A stretch of DNA of 61,499 bases, filler included. It is 6 parts of 6 records of this genome, joined end to end, with 100 filler letters (N's around TTAATTAATTAA, not from the genome) between each part and the next. Parts side by side here need not be neighbours in the genome. Positions count along the whole stretch, not along the records: positions 35,672 to 45,976 come from DRR723986_15138; positions 46,077 to 61,499 come from DRR723986_15144; 4 more parts are not named here. One strand, written 5' to 3'. The notes beneath the pieces are model-generated. The model ran no database searches. It was not told the DNA's origin and saw only the letters and a list, made by a program, of their open reading frames with translations. The translations under genes and the position numbers were made by a program. Below, piece after piece: positions 39,475 through 50,886 of the stretch. The number at the start of each line of letters is the position of its first letter. Within the stretch, counting starts at the first letter, position 1.

Positions 39475-42420
39475 TCACGATGCGATCTGCTGCGGCTGTG
39501 GGGAATCAACATGGTGTTGCCCAATGTTGAATTCGGATATTTTCTGAGACAAACCATGCGCTTGCCCGCGAAGGGCATGGCTGGCGGCGGTGGTCTCTTC
39601 AAACATAGCTGCATTCCGCTGTGTCACTGAATCAAGCTTGGCAACTGAGGCGTTGATCTCTTGCAAAACGGCGGCTTGATCAGAGGAAGATGTGGAAAGT
39701 GTCGCCACAAGATCGGCAACTTCGGCCACCGCAGCGACAATTGACTTGAGGGATGTGCCTGTGCGTCCCACCAGTTCCACACCATTATCGACCTGTGACC
39801 GGCTGGCCGAGATCAAGGTTGTGATTTCCTGAGCGGCATTGGCAGATTGCAACGCCAGTGCGCGCACCTCAGAGGCGACCACCGCAAACCCGCGACCTGC
39901 CTCGCCCGCGCGCGCCGCTTCAACCCCCGCATTCAATGCCAAGAGGTTGGTTTGAAAGGCGATATTGTCAATGACGCTGATGATATTGGTAATCTCGGAG
40001 GAAGATTTTGCAATCCCGTGCATGGCGGTCTCGGTTTTGTCCACCACGCCTTCGCTATGGATCGCCATTTGATGGGCATTCTCCACCAGTTCTGCAGCGC
40101 GTTTTGTGCTGTCCGCCGCCGTTTTGACAGAGCCCGTGATTTCATCCAGTGCGGCAGCGGTTTCTTCCAGCGTCGCGGCCTGCGTTTCCGTGCGCTGTGC
40201 AAGATCATCGGCAGCACTGGTGATTTCGCTGGTTTCACTGTCGATATTGCCTGCATTGGCACCGACGGTTTCAATCACCGTTGAAAGGGTCGAGATTGCA
40301 AGGTTAAAGTCATCCCGTAAAGCGCTGTATTCTTTAGGAAATGCCTTTTCTATCTGAGTGGTCAGGTCTTTCTGTGACACCCGGTGAAGCGCGTCTCGCA
40401 GGACATCGACAACTTGTTCCTGCGCTTCGGTCATGGCGCGATGCTGCGCCTCATGGGCCTGTTGGGTCAAATGGGTCTGGGTGATGTCGCGGCCAATGAG
40501 AATCATCCCTTTTGACAGCCCGGTATGATCCGACATCGGCGTCAGGCTGCCATCAAGGAACCTCGGTCCGCCGGAATGTGCAATCTGAAACAGCCCAAAC
40601 AGCGGCTCTTCGGCATCAGATAACTGCTCAAAACCAGCGGATGATCCGGGAAGGGTGATGATTTGCTCGGCAGAGGTGCCTTCCAAATCTGTAGGGGCGC
40701 AGCCCAGCATGCTGGCAAAAGTGTCGTTTGCGCCGACGATGGTCCCGGTTGAAGAGATTTCGATCTGAGCATTGGCGCGGTCCAGCGATCCCATGATCAC
40801 GGCATTGCGCAGGTCGTCGGTTTGATCTTTCCACTCCACTACATGACCAATGGGCTGGCCGTCCTCATCCTGGACCGCCGCGATGGCCAGACCCAAGATC
40901 AGCCGGCCCGCGCGGAAGTAACGCTGGATCGGGGCATTGCCGGCATGTTGTGCCATTTGAGACTGCAAATCACCAAGCGGATGCAATTGATGAAAATCCG
41001 CGCCAGTGACACCGGTTTCATCAAAGGCGGCGCGCGCCTGTCGCAGATCATCTGCGGCGGCTGTGAACAAGCGGTCCAATGCCTGATTGGTCCAGACCAC
41101 CCGGCCATCAGTTCCGATCAACATCATCGCCGACGAGGAGGCAGCGAATGCCGCACCTTTATAGGCGGCTTCTTCTTGCAGTTGGCTGGCCGTGATGAGA
41201 GATTTTCGGAACCCTTCCAATGCATTGGCGATGCCGCCGATTTCATCCTTGCGGCTGATGTGAGGCACTTCGAGGTCATAATGCGCTGCGGCGACCTCTC
41301 GCATGGCGCGGCCCACACCGCGAAGCGGGGTTGAGATTGAGCGTGCAAAAACTGCGGCAAGAAGCAGCCCGACGAGAATGATCAGCGAACCGATCACGGC
41401 AAAAATATTGCGCAATCGGACAGTTGGGGCAAGGATTTCATCCATGGATTGGGTCACTGCCAAGGTCCAGTTGGTACCCAAAAAAGGCAGGGGCACCCTG
41501 TGAATGGCCGCAGGTACACCGTCTAGACCGATGTCCATTGCTGCTTGGCCACCTGATGGCACCGAACCGGCGGTGGACGCGGAAGGGACATGCGTCTTGA
41601 GGATATCATTCTCTTCCGTTTGGCTGGAATCGCTGCGCAGCACGCCGTCCTCACCGACGATAAACGCATCTCCAGACTGACCCAACCCAACGACACCGCT
41701 TGTCGCTTGATTGATCCGGTTCACCGGCATCTGAAAAGCCAAAACCCCCAATCGCTTGCCATCATTGTCAAATACGGGGCGGGCGAGAAAGGCAGCGGGC
41801 GCGCCGGCGCTAGGACCATAGGGGGTGAAATCAACAAACGCGGGCGCTGTGTTTGGGGGCAACTTTGCCGCCGCGCGGTAGGCTTGGCCAAGACCGCTGT
41901 CTTTCCACTTGCCGCTCAGCAGGTTGCTGGCAAAATCGCTTTCCTTGAACACCGAATAGACCAAGGCCCCTTTGGTATCGAACAGGAAAATATCGTAGTA
42001 GCCCAGCTTTTGTTGAAGTGCATGAAAGAATGGATGATAGCGCAAATGCGCCTGATCATAGGTGGTGTTCTGCCCGCCATCGTAAAGCAGATCCCTGTTG
42101 CCCTCGGGGTGCGGATTGGCCTGAACATAGGCTTTGGTTAAGGCCCGCTCGGGGTTGTCCAACGCTGTGTAACCCCCTGAAAAATCAGTCAAAGCGTCCT
42201 GTACATACGGGTTGTCCGCCTCAAGCGTGATATGGGTGGCGATTGCGTTCAAATATCCGGTGACGGACCGCTGCATGCCTTGGGCCACCGCATGCAGCGC
42301 ATGTTCGGCCTGCTTCATGGCGGCGGTTCGTGTCATCTGAAAGGACACCGCACCCATCGCCAGGACCGCCAGAACAATCATCAGCGCAGTCATCATTGGC
42401 AGTTTCAGCCGGATCGGCAT
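39475..42420 (-). CDS. Methyl-accepting chemotaxis protein (TM, Cache-like, TM, HAMP, two PAS-like, MCP signal)
   Basis: [58 protein letters not shown]; start placed downstream of the ssb terminator. Confidence 0.92.
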   Translation of the reverse strand: MPIRLKLPMMTALMIVLAVLAMGAVSFQMTRTAAMKQAEHALHAVAQGMQRSVTGYLNAIATHITLEADNPYVQDALTDFSGGYTALDNPERALTKAYVQANPHPEGNRDLLYDGGQNTTYDQAHLRYHPFFHALQQKLGYYDIFLFDTKGALVYSVFKESDFASNLLSGKWKDSGLGQAYRAAAKLPPNTAPAFVDFTPYGPSAGAPAAFLARPVFDNDGKRLGVLAFQMPVNRINQATSGVVGLGQSGDAFIVGEDGVLRSDSSQTEENDILKTHVPSASTAGSVPSGGQAAMDIGLDGVPAAIHRVPLPFLGTNWTLAVTQSMDEILAPTVRLRNIFAVIGSLIILVGLLLAAVFARSISTPLRGVGRAMREVAAAHYDLEVPHISRKDEIGGIANALEGFRKSLITASQLQEEAAYKGAAFAASSSAMMLIGTDGRVVWTNQALDRLFTAAADDLRQARAAFDETGVTGADFHQLHPLGDLQSQMAQHAGNAPIQRYFRAGRLILGLAIAAVQDEDGQPIGHVVEWKDQTDDLRNAVIMGSLDRANAQIEISSTGTIVGANDTFASMLGCAPTDLEGTSAEQIITLPGSSAGFEQLSDAEEPLFGLFQIAHSGGPRFLDGSLTPMSDHTGLSKGMILIGRDITQTHLTQQAHEAQHRAMTEAQEQVVDVLRDALHRVSQKDLTTQIEKAFPKEYSALRDDFNLAISTLSTVIETVGANAGNIDSETSEITSAADDLAQRTETQAATLEETAAALDEITGSVKTAADSTKRAAELVENAHQMAIHSEGVVDKTETAMHGIAKSSSEITNIISVIDNIAFQTNLLALNAGVEAARAGEAGRGFAVVASEVRALALQSANAAQEITTLISASRSQVDNGVELVGRTGTSLKSIVAAVAEVADLVATLSTSSSDQAAVLQEINASVAKLDSVTQRNAAMFEETTAASHALRGQAHGLSQKISEFNIGQHHVDSPQPQQIAS

Positions 42421-42514
42421 GTTCTTAAATTGAGAAAACAAATCAGGCCCCTTAGTGCAATATCGGGCCGGAGTATCCGAGCGTTTTCTGAAGTTTCCCT
42501 TAAGCCCAGCCAAC

Positions 42515-42542
42515 AAAAAACGGCCCGACAAGCGGACCGTTT
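42515..42542 (-). terminator. Rho-independent terminator of ssb
   Basis: Minus strand AACGGTCCG-cttgt-CGGGCCGTTTTTT. Confidence 0.7.
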
Positions 42543-42564
42543 CTAGGACTTGGGATTTTGTGGA

Positions 42565-43086
42565 TCAGAACGGGATTTCATCGTCCAGATCGCGGGAACC
42601 TCCGCCGCCGCCGCCGGATGGGCCGCTGTCGTAACCGCCGCCGCCGCCATTGCCGCTGTCGTATCCGCCGCCGCCGTAATCGCCGCCACCGGAGCCGCCA
42701 CCATAACCGCCGCCACCACCGCCGGAGCCGCCGTCGCGGCCATCCAGCATGGTCAGCGTGCCGCCATAGCCCTGCAGCACAACTTCAGTGCTGTAGCGGT
42801 CATTGCCCGATTGATCCTGCCATTTGCGCGTTTGCAACTGGCCTTCGATGTATACTTTTGACCCCTTGCGCAGATATTGCTCAGCAATGCGCACCAGACC
42901 TTCCTGAAAGATCGCCACCGAATGCCATTCGGTCTTTTCGCGGCGTTCTCCGGTGTTGCGGTCTTTCCATGTTTCAGAGGTGGCGATGCGCAGATTACAA
43001 ACCTTGCCGCCATTCTGAAACGACCGCACCTCGGGATCGCGCCCCAGATTGCCGATAAGGATCACTTTGTTAACTGAACCGGCCAT
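42565..43086 (-). CDS. ssb: Single-stranded DNA-binding protein
   Basis: [21 protein letters not shown], Gly-rich linker, C-terminal DDEIPF. Confidence 0.98.
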   Translation of the reverse strand: MAGSVNKVILIGNLGRDPEVRSFQNGGKVCNLRIATSETWKDRNTGERREKTEWHSVAIFQEGLVRIAEQYLRKGSKVYIEGQLQTRKWQDQSGNDRYSTEVVLQGYGGTLTMLDGRDGGSGGGGGGYGGGSGGGDYGGGGYDSGNGGGGGYDSGPSGGGGGGSRDLDDEIPF

Positions 43087-43290
43087 ATTGCCCCCTGATG
43101 TGTCAATTCATTCCCGTGCCGCGAATCCGCGCCGCTCCGGTTTAAGCCGTTATATCGGGGAGAGCTTGGCTGAACCATGGTTAACAAACCGTTTCATGGC
43201 AATTCTCTGCCACAACGGGGAATCTTGGTCTGGCACGAAAGGAAGGTTTTGATATAGTCCGCCCAATCATTGTTGGGGGCGTCGGGCAGG

Positions 43291-43890
43291 ATGCACAATT
43301 CAAAAAATTCACTCAGCTGGGCCGTGGCCATTGCGATGGCTTTGGCCGGCGCACCGGCGAGCGCTGATATTTTCTCTAGCAAAAGCCGCAGCGGGCTGTT
43401 CAAGTCCCAGAAAAAGATCCTCGATAACCGGGCGGCCAAGCAATATTCATCCTCGGTCCGGCTCAAGCCGCCAACCGTTGTCACCCCGACAAAATGGGGC
43501 ACCACACCGAAATACAAAGGCAAATACAAAGGCGCCTATTTGCAGATGGCAAAGGACGCCGCCACCCGCCATGGCGTGCCGGTTGATCTGTTCCTGCGCC
43601 TGATCCAGCAGGAAAGCGGCTGGAACGCCAATGCCAAATCCCACAAGGGCGCGATGGGGCTGGCGCAGTTGATGCCGGGCACGGCGCGGACGTTGCGGGT
43701 TGATCCGGCAGATCCTGCGCAAAACCTCGAAGGGGGTGCGCGGTATCTCAAGCAACAGTTCCGCACCTTTGGCACATGGCGGTTGGCACTGGCAGCCTAT
43801 AACGCCGGTCCGGGCGCCGTGAAAAAATACGGCGGCGTGCCGCCTTACAAAGAAACGCGCAATTACGTGCGGATTATTTCCGGCAGCTGA
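43291..43890 (+). CDS. SLT-domain lytic transglycosylase
   Basis: Signal peptide; [35 protein letters not shown]. Confidence 0.92.
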   Translation: MHNSKNSLSWAVAIAMALAGAPASADIFSSKSRSGLFKSQKKILDNRAAKQYSSSVRLKPPTVVTPTKWGTTPKYKGKYKGAYLQMAKDAATRHGVPVDLFLRLIQQESGWNANAKSHKGAMGLAQLMPGTARTLRVDPADPAQNLEGGARYLKQQFRTFGTWRLALAAYNAGPGAVKKYGGVPPYKETRNYVRIISGS

Positions 43891-44060
43891 CCCGCTTCAA
43901 ATAGTCATGTAAATCAATCACTTGCCGCGCTCTTCGGCATGTTTTTGCGCATGGGCGAAACATCTGCGGGAACCAATTCACCGCGCCACCTGTTCCTTTC
44001 TCAGAGCGCCGCAGCCGGAATTCTCCGAACCTCGGCGCCATAAAGAGTAAGGAGCATATC

Positions 44061-44585
44061 ATGTTCACCACGATCAAAAGTTTCTCATTTGCAGCAGGCG
44101 TCAGCTTGCTGGCCCTGACATCTGCAACCGCGGCCGAGCTGCCAAAAATATCGGAAATCAGCGTTGACGCGTCCTATGATGCGGCCCAAGACAGCAACGC
44201 AGCGGCGCTTTATCCTGAGCTGCAGACCGACATCAATAAGGCCGTGGCCGAGATGGTGCCAACCAGCGATGACGCGGCAGACCCGATCATCCGGGTCGAC
44301 ATTCGCAAGATCGCGCTGGACGGGGACACCTACCTGCCAGACAGCGCGGAGTTTAACCAGATCGAAGGCGTGGTTGCGATTGAAGGCCGCGATGGCGCTG
44401 TCGGTGATGTGACCTTCCCGGTGAACATCGTCGCCGCCACAGCGGACACCGCCGCACCCGAGGGCTATTTTCTGGTCCCACCATCGACCGATGATTTCTA
44501 CACGGCGATGGTATACGGCTTTGCCAAAACAGTGGCAGAAGAGCTGGCACGCGTGAACACATCAGGCGACGCCATCAGCCGGTAA
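44061..44585 (+). CDS. Hypothetical secreted acidic protein
   Basis: AAGGAG RBS; signal peptide (ATA-A); followed by a terminator. Confidence 0.78.
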   Translation: MFTTIKSFSFAAGVSLLALTSATAAELPKISEISVDASYDAAQDSNAAALYPELQTDINKAVAEMVPTSDDAADPIIRVDIRKIALDGDTYLPDSAEFNQIEGVVAIEGRDGAVGDVTFPVNIVAATADTAAPEGYFLVPPSTDDFYTAMVYGFAKTVAEELARVNTSGDAISR

Positions 44586-44603
44586 CGCCATAATCCAAAA
44601 GAA

Positions 44604-44633
44604 AAAGCGCGGATGGTGTTCCATCCGCGCTTT
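44604..44633. terminator. Bidirectional terminator
   Basis: AAAGCGCGGATGG-tgtt-CCATCCGCGCTTT between convergent genes. Confidence 0.85.
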
Positions 44634-44636
44634 GTT

Positions 44637-45976
44637 TTATTCTGCCGCGACCCCCACTTCGATCACTGGCTCCATCTCCGAGAATTTCTTGTCGCTCAGA
44701 TGGCATTTGACCTGATGCCCGTCAGCCATTTGCCGAATAGGCGGCACTTCGCGTTCACACAGCCCATCCGGCACTTCGGATTTCCATCGGCACCGCGTCT
44801 GGAACGGACAACCCGTTGGCGGGTTCATCGCGGATGGAATGTCCCCCTCAAGCACGATGTGCTTTTTCTTGACCGAGGTATCGGCAATCGGCACCGCCGA
44901 CAGCAAGGCCTCGGTATAGGGGTGGTAGGGCGGTGCAAACACCTGATCGGTGCTGCCCAGCTCAACCACATGGCCCAGATACATCACCATGACCCGGTCG
45001 CTGAGGTAACGTACAATCGACAAGTCATGGCTGATGAACAGCAACGTGGTCTTCTGCTCACGCTGGATCTCCATCAACAGATCCGTCACCGCGGCCTGCA
45101 CCGACACGTCAAGCGCCGAAACCGGTTCATCCGCCACAACGATCCGCGCATCCCCGGCAAAGGCGCGGGCGATGCCCACACGCTGCTTTTGTCCACCAGA
45201 CAACTGTCGCGGCATCCGCTCGGCAAATTCGCGCGGCAGCTTCACCAGATCGAGCAGTTCGAGCATCCGCTGGCGCCGCTCGGCTTCGTTCTTGCCCACC
45301 TTAAAGATCTCCAGCGCGCGGATGATCTGGCGGCCCACCGTCATAGAGGGGTTGAGCGTATCAAACGGGTTTTGGAACACCATCTGCACATCGGCCACGT
45401 TCTTGGTTGTACGCTCCTCGATGGGCACATCGCCGATGTTCTGACCATCCAAAAGGATCTCACCCTCCGTCGCGGTCTCCAGCCCCATCAGAACCTTGGC
45501 AAAGGTGGATTTGCCGCAACCGGATTCGCCCACAATCGCCAGCGTTTCGGATTCGCGCGCCTCAAAGCTCAACTCTTCGTTGGCCTTCACCACCTTGGTC
45601 TCGCCGCCGCCGAACATCGCATTGGCCGCCACCTGGTAATATTTCTTCAGCTTGTCCATTTTCAGAACAACCTTGCCCACATCGCCTTTGGTCTTGACGT
45701 CCCCCATCTCCAGCGGCGCGGACCAGTCGATTTCCTCGAACTTCAGACAGCGCGTCGAATGGCGGTCATTGCCCGCAACATTCTGCATCGAAATATAGCC
45801 CTGATCGCATCGCCCAGCTTCGAAATAATCACAGCGCGGACCAAAGTTGCAGCCCGGCGGGCGCTCATGGGGCAGGGGGAAGTTGCCGGGAATGGCCACC
45901 AATGGCCGGGCGTTCTTGTCCGCACCAGGCAGCGGGATCGACCGGAACAGCGCCTGCGTATAGGGGTGCTGCATCT
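44637..45976 (-). CDS. Oligopeptide/dipeptide-type ABC ATPase, double-domain (5' truncated)
   Basis: HPYT twice, GESGCGKST, LSGGQKQR, DEPVSALDVSVQ, Cys-rich C-terminal motifs. Confidence 0.93.
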
Positions 45977-46076
45977 NNNNNNNNNNNNNNNNNNNNNNNN
46001 NNNNNNNNNNNNNNNNNNNNTTAATTAATTAANNNNNNNNNNNNNNNNNNNNNNNNNNNNNNNNNNNNNNNNNNNN
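45977..46076. other. Artificial contig linker
   Basis: N-run, TTAATTAATTAA, N-run. Confidence 0.99.
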
Positions 46077-46451
46077 TCAGGGGACCACCGGCCCCCAGAC
46101 CACCCCTCCGCCACCACGTATTTTTCCCTCCAGAACACATTCCTCCCACCCTGTATCGCTACTGGTTAATTTTTTAGACTTCAAAAGATTGTGATTTACC
46201 TGCAGCCATCCACCGGTTGTCAGGCTGCAAGTGCAAGTCTAACAACAATTCACCTAAACCCAAGACCTCAAAAACTGAATGGCCACTAAACCATGAGTGA
46301 ACGGCCCGATTTCACGTACAAGCGGTAGAGTCAACGGCCCAGAAGCACATCCAAACGCCCCAACGAAGCAAACTTTCTTGGAACTTTACAAACAGGCAAA
46401 ACTCCCGCTACACCAAACCGTTCAAGACCGGCGGTACATGATCTTCCGGCT

Positions 46452-48671
46452 TTAACGCCGCCAAACAACCCGCGACGCACGACGCCCCTCAGCCCCCGAG
46501 ACCACAAGAACATAAGCGCCGGCGGAAAGGCCACCAGTCTCAAGCCGCAAAACCTCCGAACCCGCAGGCCACTCCGCCTGCAAAACCGCACGCCCCAGAA
46601 TGTCAAACAAAACAACTTCCAGCCCCAGATGCAGATCAGCATGTGAGCCGGAGCGGCGCTCTAAGTTCAAACTGTTAACAAATGGATTGGGCCCAATTGT
46701 CATTGACGGCACTAGTTCGTTTAAGTCTACCGAAACAATTTGAGGCCAGGTGACGGAGTCCGAAGAAATGCCGCAGCCGCGATCGTTGGCTACACGCAGA
46801 TAGTACGTGCCAGGCTCCGTGGGAACAAATCGCGGATCGGCCAGAGCGTTGCCAAGCAACTCATCTTCGCGGATCCAGAATGCGAATTCAACGTCTTCAA
46901 AAGTACCGATTAACGTGTCGCCGCGGACTTCGATAGTCGGCTTGGTGGGTGGCTCAACGACTTCCACAATGACACTGTCCACGATTGCACAGCCCTGTGC
47001 ACTCGTCAGACGCACAGTTAAAGTGGCGCTTTCCTGGATGTTAACAGTAACAATTGCTGAATTGGGATCGTCTACAAATTCCGCGGGAGTCCAAGCGATC
47101 TGTCCGCCACTGCTTAAGGCCTGCAGCTCAAGCAACTCGCCGCGGCAGAACACTGTGTCGTTGGGCATTTCTAACAGGATTGGGTCTGCAGCACGCACAG
47201 CAAAACTTTTGGAGGCACTGCAGGTATTTCCGTCAGTCACCAAAACGGAGTAGTTACCGGGACTGTTAACTTCTATTGACGGTGAGCTTTCGCCCGTGCT
47301 CCACTCGTAGGACGTAAAGCCGGGTTCGACCGATAAACTCACTGTTTCTCCCGGACACAGAAAGTCCGGCCCGGAAATATTAAACTGCGGTTCGGTGTTA
47401 ATCGTAATGTTTTGATCCATCTCTGAAATTGAGGTTGGCAGCGAACTGACAACACGCAGGCGATAGGCCGATGAAGTCGGCAGACGCTCAGGTAGCTGCA
47501 CCGTCACCGCCGATGCGCAGCTGCCGCTGAAATTAGTGAGGGCCAGCGCAGAACTAAAATCGCCGTCGGCATCCGAAAGCTGTACAAAAAAGCTGTTCTG
47601 TGGATCAAATTCGCCACGTGTGCCCAGCGGTAATTCAAACTGTGCACCCGCGCAATATTCCAGGCGCTCCGGACGGCCGACTACGACGCTTTCCGCAAGG
47701 TCCAGGACCGCAATGCCACCGTTGTAACCGAGCCAGACATTGCGTTCCGGGTCCAGGTTCACACTAAACACCTGGCCATCGGGCAAACCATCAGTACTTG
47801 GCCCGATCGTCTCCCAGCTGTCGCCGCTGCGCATGGACAAGCCTGCCGCGCGCGTACCCAGGAGAAGCGACTCACAGCTGTTAAGTGCAATGGCATTGAT
47901 CCAATTGTGCGCCAAACCCGAGTTTTGTGAATTAAACACCTGCCAGGTGCCGGACTTAACATGTGCCAGGCCGGCGCCCCAGGCACCAAAGTAAGCCTCA
48001 TTCGGGCCCACCGGACGAATTGCAAATACAATGTTCGAGGGCAAACCTGAATTCGATTCGTTAAATACCGTCCAGCTATTGCCGTTAAAGCGCGCAACCC
48101 CGCCGCCTTCGGTGCCACACCAAACTCCTTCACCCGTGCTGAGTTCTACAGTTTGTACGTTGTTGGTTGGCAGGTCAGAGTTTGCTGTATTATAGACGAT
48201 GAACCCGGAAGTCACAAAAAATGCCAGTCCATTTGAAGTCGCCAGCCAAACAGCCAGGTCGTCCTCCGCGGCAAGAGATCGAATGAAGTTGGCCGGCAAA
48301 TCCGAGTTCTCAGTTGTCCAGACGCGCTCCGTATCATTGCTGCGGTCCAGGGCAAACAACCCGCGGTTGGTTGCGACCCAGACTGTGTTGCCCGCTACGT
48401 CCAAATCGCGAACATCATCGCCCGGAATTGTGCTGTTTTCCGTGTTCCAGACGCGCCACTGGCCGGCCTGTAAACGCGCCAGCCCCGCATCGGTAGCTAT
48501 CCACACGGCACCGTCTGAGTCGATTGCGGATTGACGTGCCAGGCTGCCCGGAAACCCCGAATTGGCGGATGTATAGACTGTCCATTCATCGGCCGAGGCA
48601 GCCGTCACAAACAAAAATATTCCGAAAGTAAGGCCAAGTATATGGCCGCGCAGGGATTGGAAAAACTGCAT
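46452..48671 (-). CDS. Secreted beta-propeller (two-component-regulator propeller repeats) and Ig-like protein with T9SS C-terminal domain
   Basis: Signal peptide; repeated NSxLPxNxV...VWxATxxGL blades; YEWSTGESSPSIEV; GPNPF...FDILGR...LSAGAYVL. Confidence 0.85.
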   Translation of the reverse strand: MQFFQSLRGHILGLTFGIFLFVTAASADEWTVYTSANSGFPGSLARQSAIDSDGAVWIATDAGLARLQAGQWRVWNTENSTIPGDDVRDLDVAGNTVWVATNRGLFALDRSNDTERVWTTENSDLPANFIRSLAAEDDLAVWLATSNGLAFFVTSGFIVYNTANSDLPTNNVQTVELSTGEGVWCGTEGGGVARFNGNSWTVFNESNSGLPSNIVFAIRPVGPNEAYFGAWGAGLAHVKSGTWQVFNSQNSGLAHNWINAIALNSCESLLLGTRAAGLSMRSGDSWETIGPSTDGLPDGQVFSVNLDPERNVWLGYNGGIAVLDLAESVVVGRPERLEYCAGAQFELPLGTRGEFDPQNSFFVQLSDADGDFSSALALTNFSGSCASAVTVQLPERLPTSSAYRLRVVSSLPTSISEMDQNITINTEPQFNISGPDFLCPGETVSLSVEPGFTSYEWSTGESSPSIEVNSPGNYSVLVTDGNTCSASKSFAVRAADPILLEMPNDTVFCRGELLELQALSSGGQIAWTPAEFVDDPNSAIVTVNIQESATLTVRLTSAQGCAIVDSVIVEVVEPPTKPTIEVRGDTLIGTFEDVEFAFWIREDELLGNALADPRFVPTEPGTYYLRVANDRGCGISSDSVTWPQIVSVDLNELVPSMTIGPNPFVNSLNLERRSGSHADLHLGLEVVLFDILGRAVLQAEWPAGSEVLRLETGGLSAGAYVLVVSGAEGRRASRVVWRR

Positions 48672-48707
48672 AAAACGGTCCGAGGCAAAAGAGCTGGAGT
48701 TGGAGAA

Positions 48708-50075
48708 TCAGGAAATCAGGGTGTGCGCCGCACGCAGAGCCGCATGACCGCTTTCGTCAGGCACAGCTGCCAATATCGAAATATTTCCAACGTGGTGCTG
48801 CACAAAAAGTGAATTGAAGGGCTGCAGAACCTCGCTGAGCTGCGCCACAACACTCGCTCCATTGGCACCGGCCACACGTGGTCCCACGGCACAAATTACG
48901 GCCGCTTCGGTGATTGAAACATCGGCAAAATCACGAAATTCCTCGGCCAACTCCATAGCTGCCTGCGCATCTTCCAGGCAAAGGACGTAGTGGTGTTCAC
49001 TGCCCTGTGCCGCAAATGCCTCGAGCCCACGCTGAGTCAGCGCGCCATAAACCGCGGCCAGAATTCGCGAAGTCTGGTTGGCCGAACGCATCGCAAAACT
49101 CAATAGTATCATGTGTTTGCGGATGGCGAGCGCGCGGATGCCATCTACGTCCGGCAGCGCGTCCGCCACCAAAAGTGTGCCCGCATGTGCCGCGTCAAAG
49201 GTATTGCGCACTCTTACGGGTATCTTATCGGCAATCGCCGGACGGATCGTGTCCGGATGCAAAACCTTGGCGCCAAAATAGGCCAGCTCGCCGGCCTCAT
49301 CAAAAGTGATGCGCGGAATGGTGTGCGCCGCATCAACCACGCGCGGATCGGCCGTGTAGACGCCGCTGACGTCGGTCCAGATTTGAATTTCTTCAGCACC
49401 GAGTGCCGCGCCAAAAATTGCAGCAGATAGATCGCTGCCGCCGCGACCGTTGGTCGTTGTAATTCCGCGAATATCTGCGCCGATAAACCCCTGCGTAATG
49501 GCTATTGAGCCCGCAGCTAAAACTGGGCACACTCGTTCCGTACAGCGCTGACGCGTAGCATCCATGTCAACAGAAGCATTCATATGCATACTATCGGTCA
49601 ACAACAAACTTCTTGCGTCGATCAGCTGATTTTTGTGTCCGGCCGCGCTAAAACCAGCCGTAAGAATTGTTGTGGAAACACGCTCACCAAATGAGAGAAT
49701 ATTGGCTCGCGAACGCCGTGTACACTCGCGCAGCAGCATGACACCTTCGGCCAGACGCTGCAGCTCATCACAGAGTTGGCTAACCTGGGATGTAGCCCGC
49801 TCGCTGACCTCGTCAGGCGCTGTAGGCCACTCGCGCAGTAGTTCAGCCAAGCAAGTCAGATGACGATCGCGCACGTGGCCGACCTTTTCCTGCACTGCGA
49901 CTTCATCGCCCTCAGCAGCGGCATCGGCTATTTCCAGAAGTGTATTGGTGACTCCCGCGCAGGCAGAACTGACGAGCAGGGGCTTGCGCTCCGCATGATC
50001 TGCTACAATCCCAATTACAGTGCGCATTATGCGGCTATCGGCGACGCTGGTGCCGCCGAACTTCATGACGATCAT
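48708..50075 (-). CDS. lysC: Aspartate kinase
   Basis: MKFGGTSV, LSFGE, TQGFIG, GRGGSD, WTDVSGVYTADPR, YFGAKVLHP. Confidence 0.93.
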   Translation of the reverse strand: MIVMKFGGTSVADSRIMRTVIGIVADHAERKPLLVSSACAGVTNTLLEIADAAAEGDEVAVQEKVGHVRDRHLTCLAELLREWPTAPDEVSERATSQVSQLCDELQRLAEGVMLLRECTRRSRANILSFGERVSTTILTAGFSAAGHKNQLIDARSLLLTDSMHMNASVDMDATRQRCTERVCPVLAAGSIAITQGFIGADIRGITTTNGRGGSDLSAAIFGAALGAEEIQIWTDVSGVYTADPRVVDAAHTIPRITFDEAGELAYFGAKVLHPDTIRPAIADKIPVRVRNTFDAAHAGTLLVADALPDVDGIRALAIRKHMILLSFAMRSANQTSRILAAVYGALTQRGLEAFAAQGSEHHYVLCLEDAQAAMELAEEFRDFADVSITEAAVICAVGPRVAGANGASVVAQLSEVLQPFNSLFVQHHVGNISILAAVPDESGHAALRAAHTLIS

Positions 50076-50686
50076 TCTTCCGGTTCCAGAAATTCAGAGA
50101 GTTCTTCACGCGTGGCCGAATACCGCATCATGCCACCTTCCACCAGTTCATAAATTACGCGTTTCATCTGCCCGGGCGTAAGGTTGTACTGGTATCCAAA
50201 GCGCCAGATATCAATCGGCGCACTGCGCAGTTCCAGCACAAAAGCTTCGGCAAAACCAATTTCCTTGCCGTCCTCCAGCTTCTGGTCCAGCGCGTCCACG
50301 TAGGGTTTCGCTTCTTCGTGCAGGATATGTTTAAAGGTAAAATAGAAGTTGGGCTGGTGTTCCAGATCACAAATCGGGAAGCCGCGATTGGGCACCACCT
50401 GCTCGCGAATCATGGCCATGCCCACGATGTAAGGCTCCAATTTAGGCGCGTCCTCTTCTTCGGGCTCAGCCCACAGATCGTCCCAGACGGTCGGGTCAAC
50501 TTCGCGTAACCACTCAAAAAACTTCACGTCGGAAGGCGGCAGCTTGTACAGCGTCGTCGCTCCCAGATTTTCGGCCAGCATTTTGGCTTCTTCAGGGCTG
50601 ATTGCCGCAATTTCTTCGTCCGTAAACTCTACGGGCCCTTGTTCGCCACGCAGTCTGATCGATGTAAGCAGTTCCTGGTTTTCCAT
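50072..50686 (-). CDS. Acidic hypothetical protein, possible C-terminal winged HTH
   Basis: Clean 204-aa ORF; ATGA overlap with lysC. Confidence 0.75.
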   Translation of the reverse strand: MENQELLTSIRLRGEQGPVEFTDEEIAAISPEEAKMLAENLGATTLYKLPPSDVKFFEWLREVDPTVWDDLWAEPEEEDAPKLEPYIVGMAMIREQVVPNRGFPICDLEHQPNFYFTFKHILHEEAKPYVDALDQKLEDGKEIGFAEAFVLELRSAPIDIWRFGYQYNLTPGQMKRVIYELVEGGMMRYSATREELSEFLEPEE

Positions 50687-50886
50687 AGGCAGGCATGACG
50701 AATAGGACGCGGCTTTCGCGTAGGAATTTCTACGGAGGTGTTTCTGACTTGGTATTTCGCGGGCAGATTGACTATTTTACGTGCTTTTTCATGTTTGTCC
50801 CGCGGATTGAGACGCAAGAATATCAGTCTTGAATCCGCGGATTCACAGTCCGCTCTGTTGCCCTATCTAGAAGCCGGCGTCGTACT

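Noticed and set aside
42600-42735. GCC-rich repeats in ssb
   Set aside because: They encode the ordinary Gly-rich SSB linker.
43087-43290. LexA or CtrA boxes between ssb and the SLT gene
   Set aside because: Only half-sites with the wrong spacing are present.
46452-46630. A-poor gene end as a DGR variable region
   Set aside because: The segment is the T9SS sorting domain, the skew continues past the stop codon, and no template repeat or reverse transcriptase is visible.
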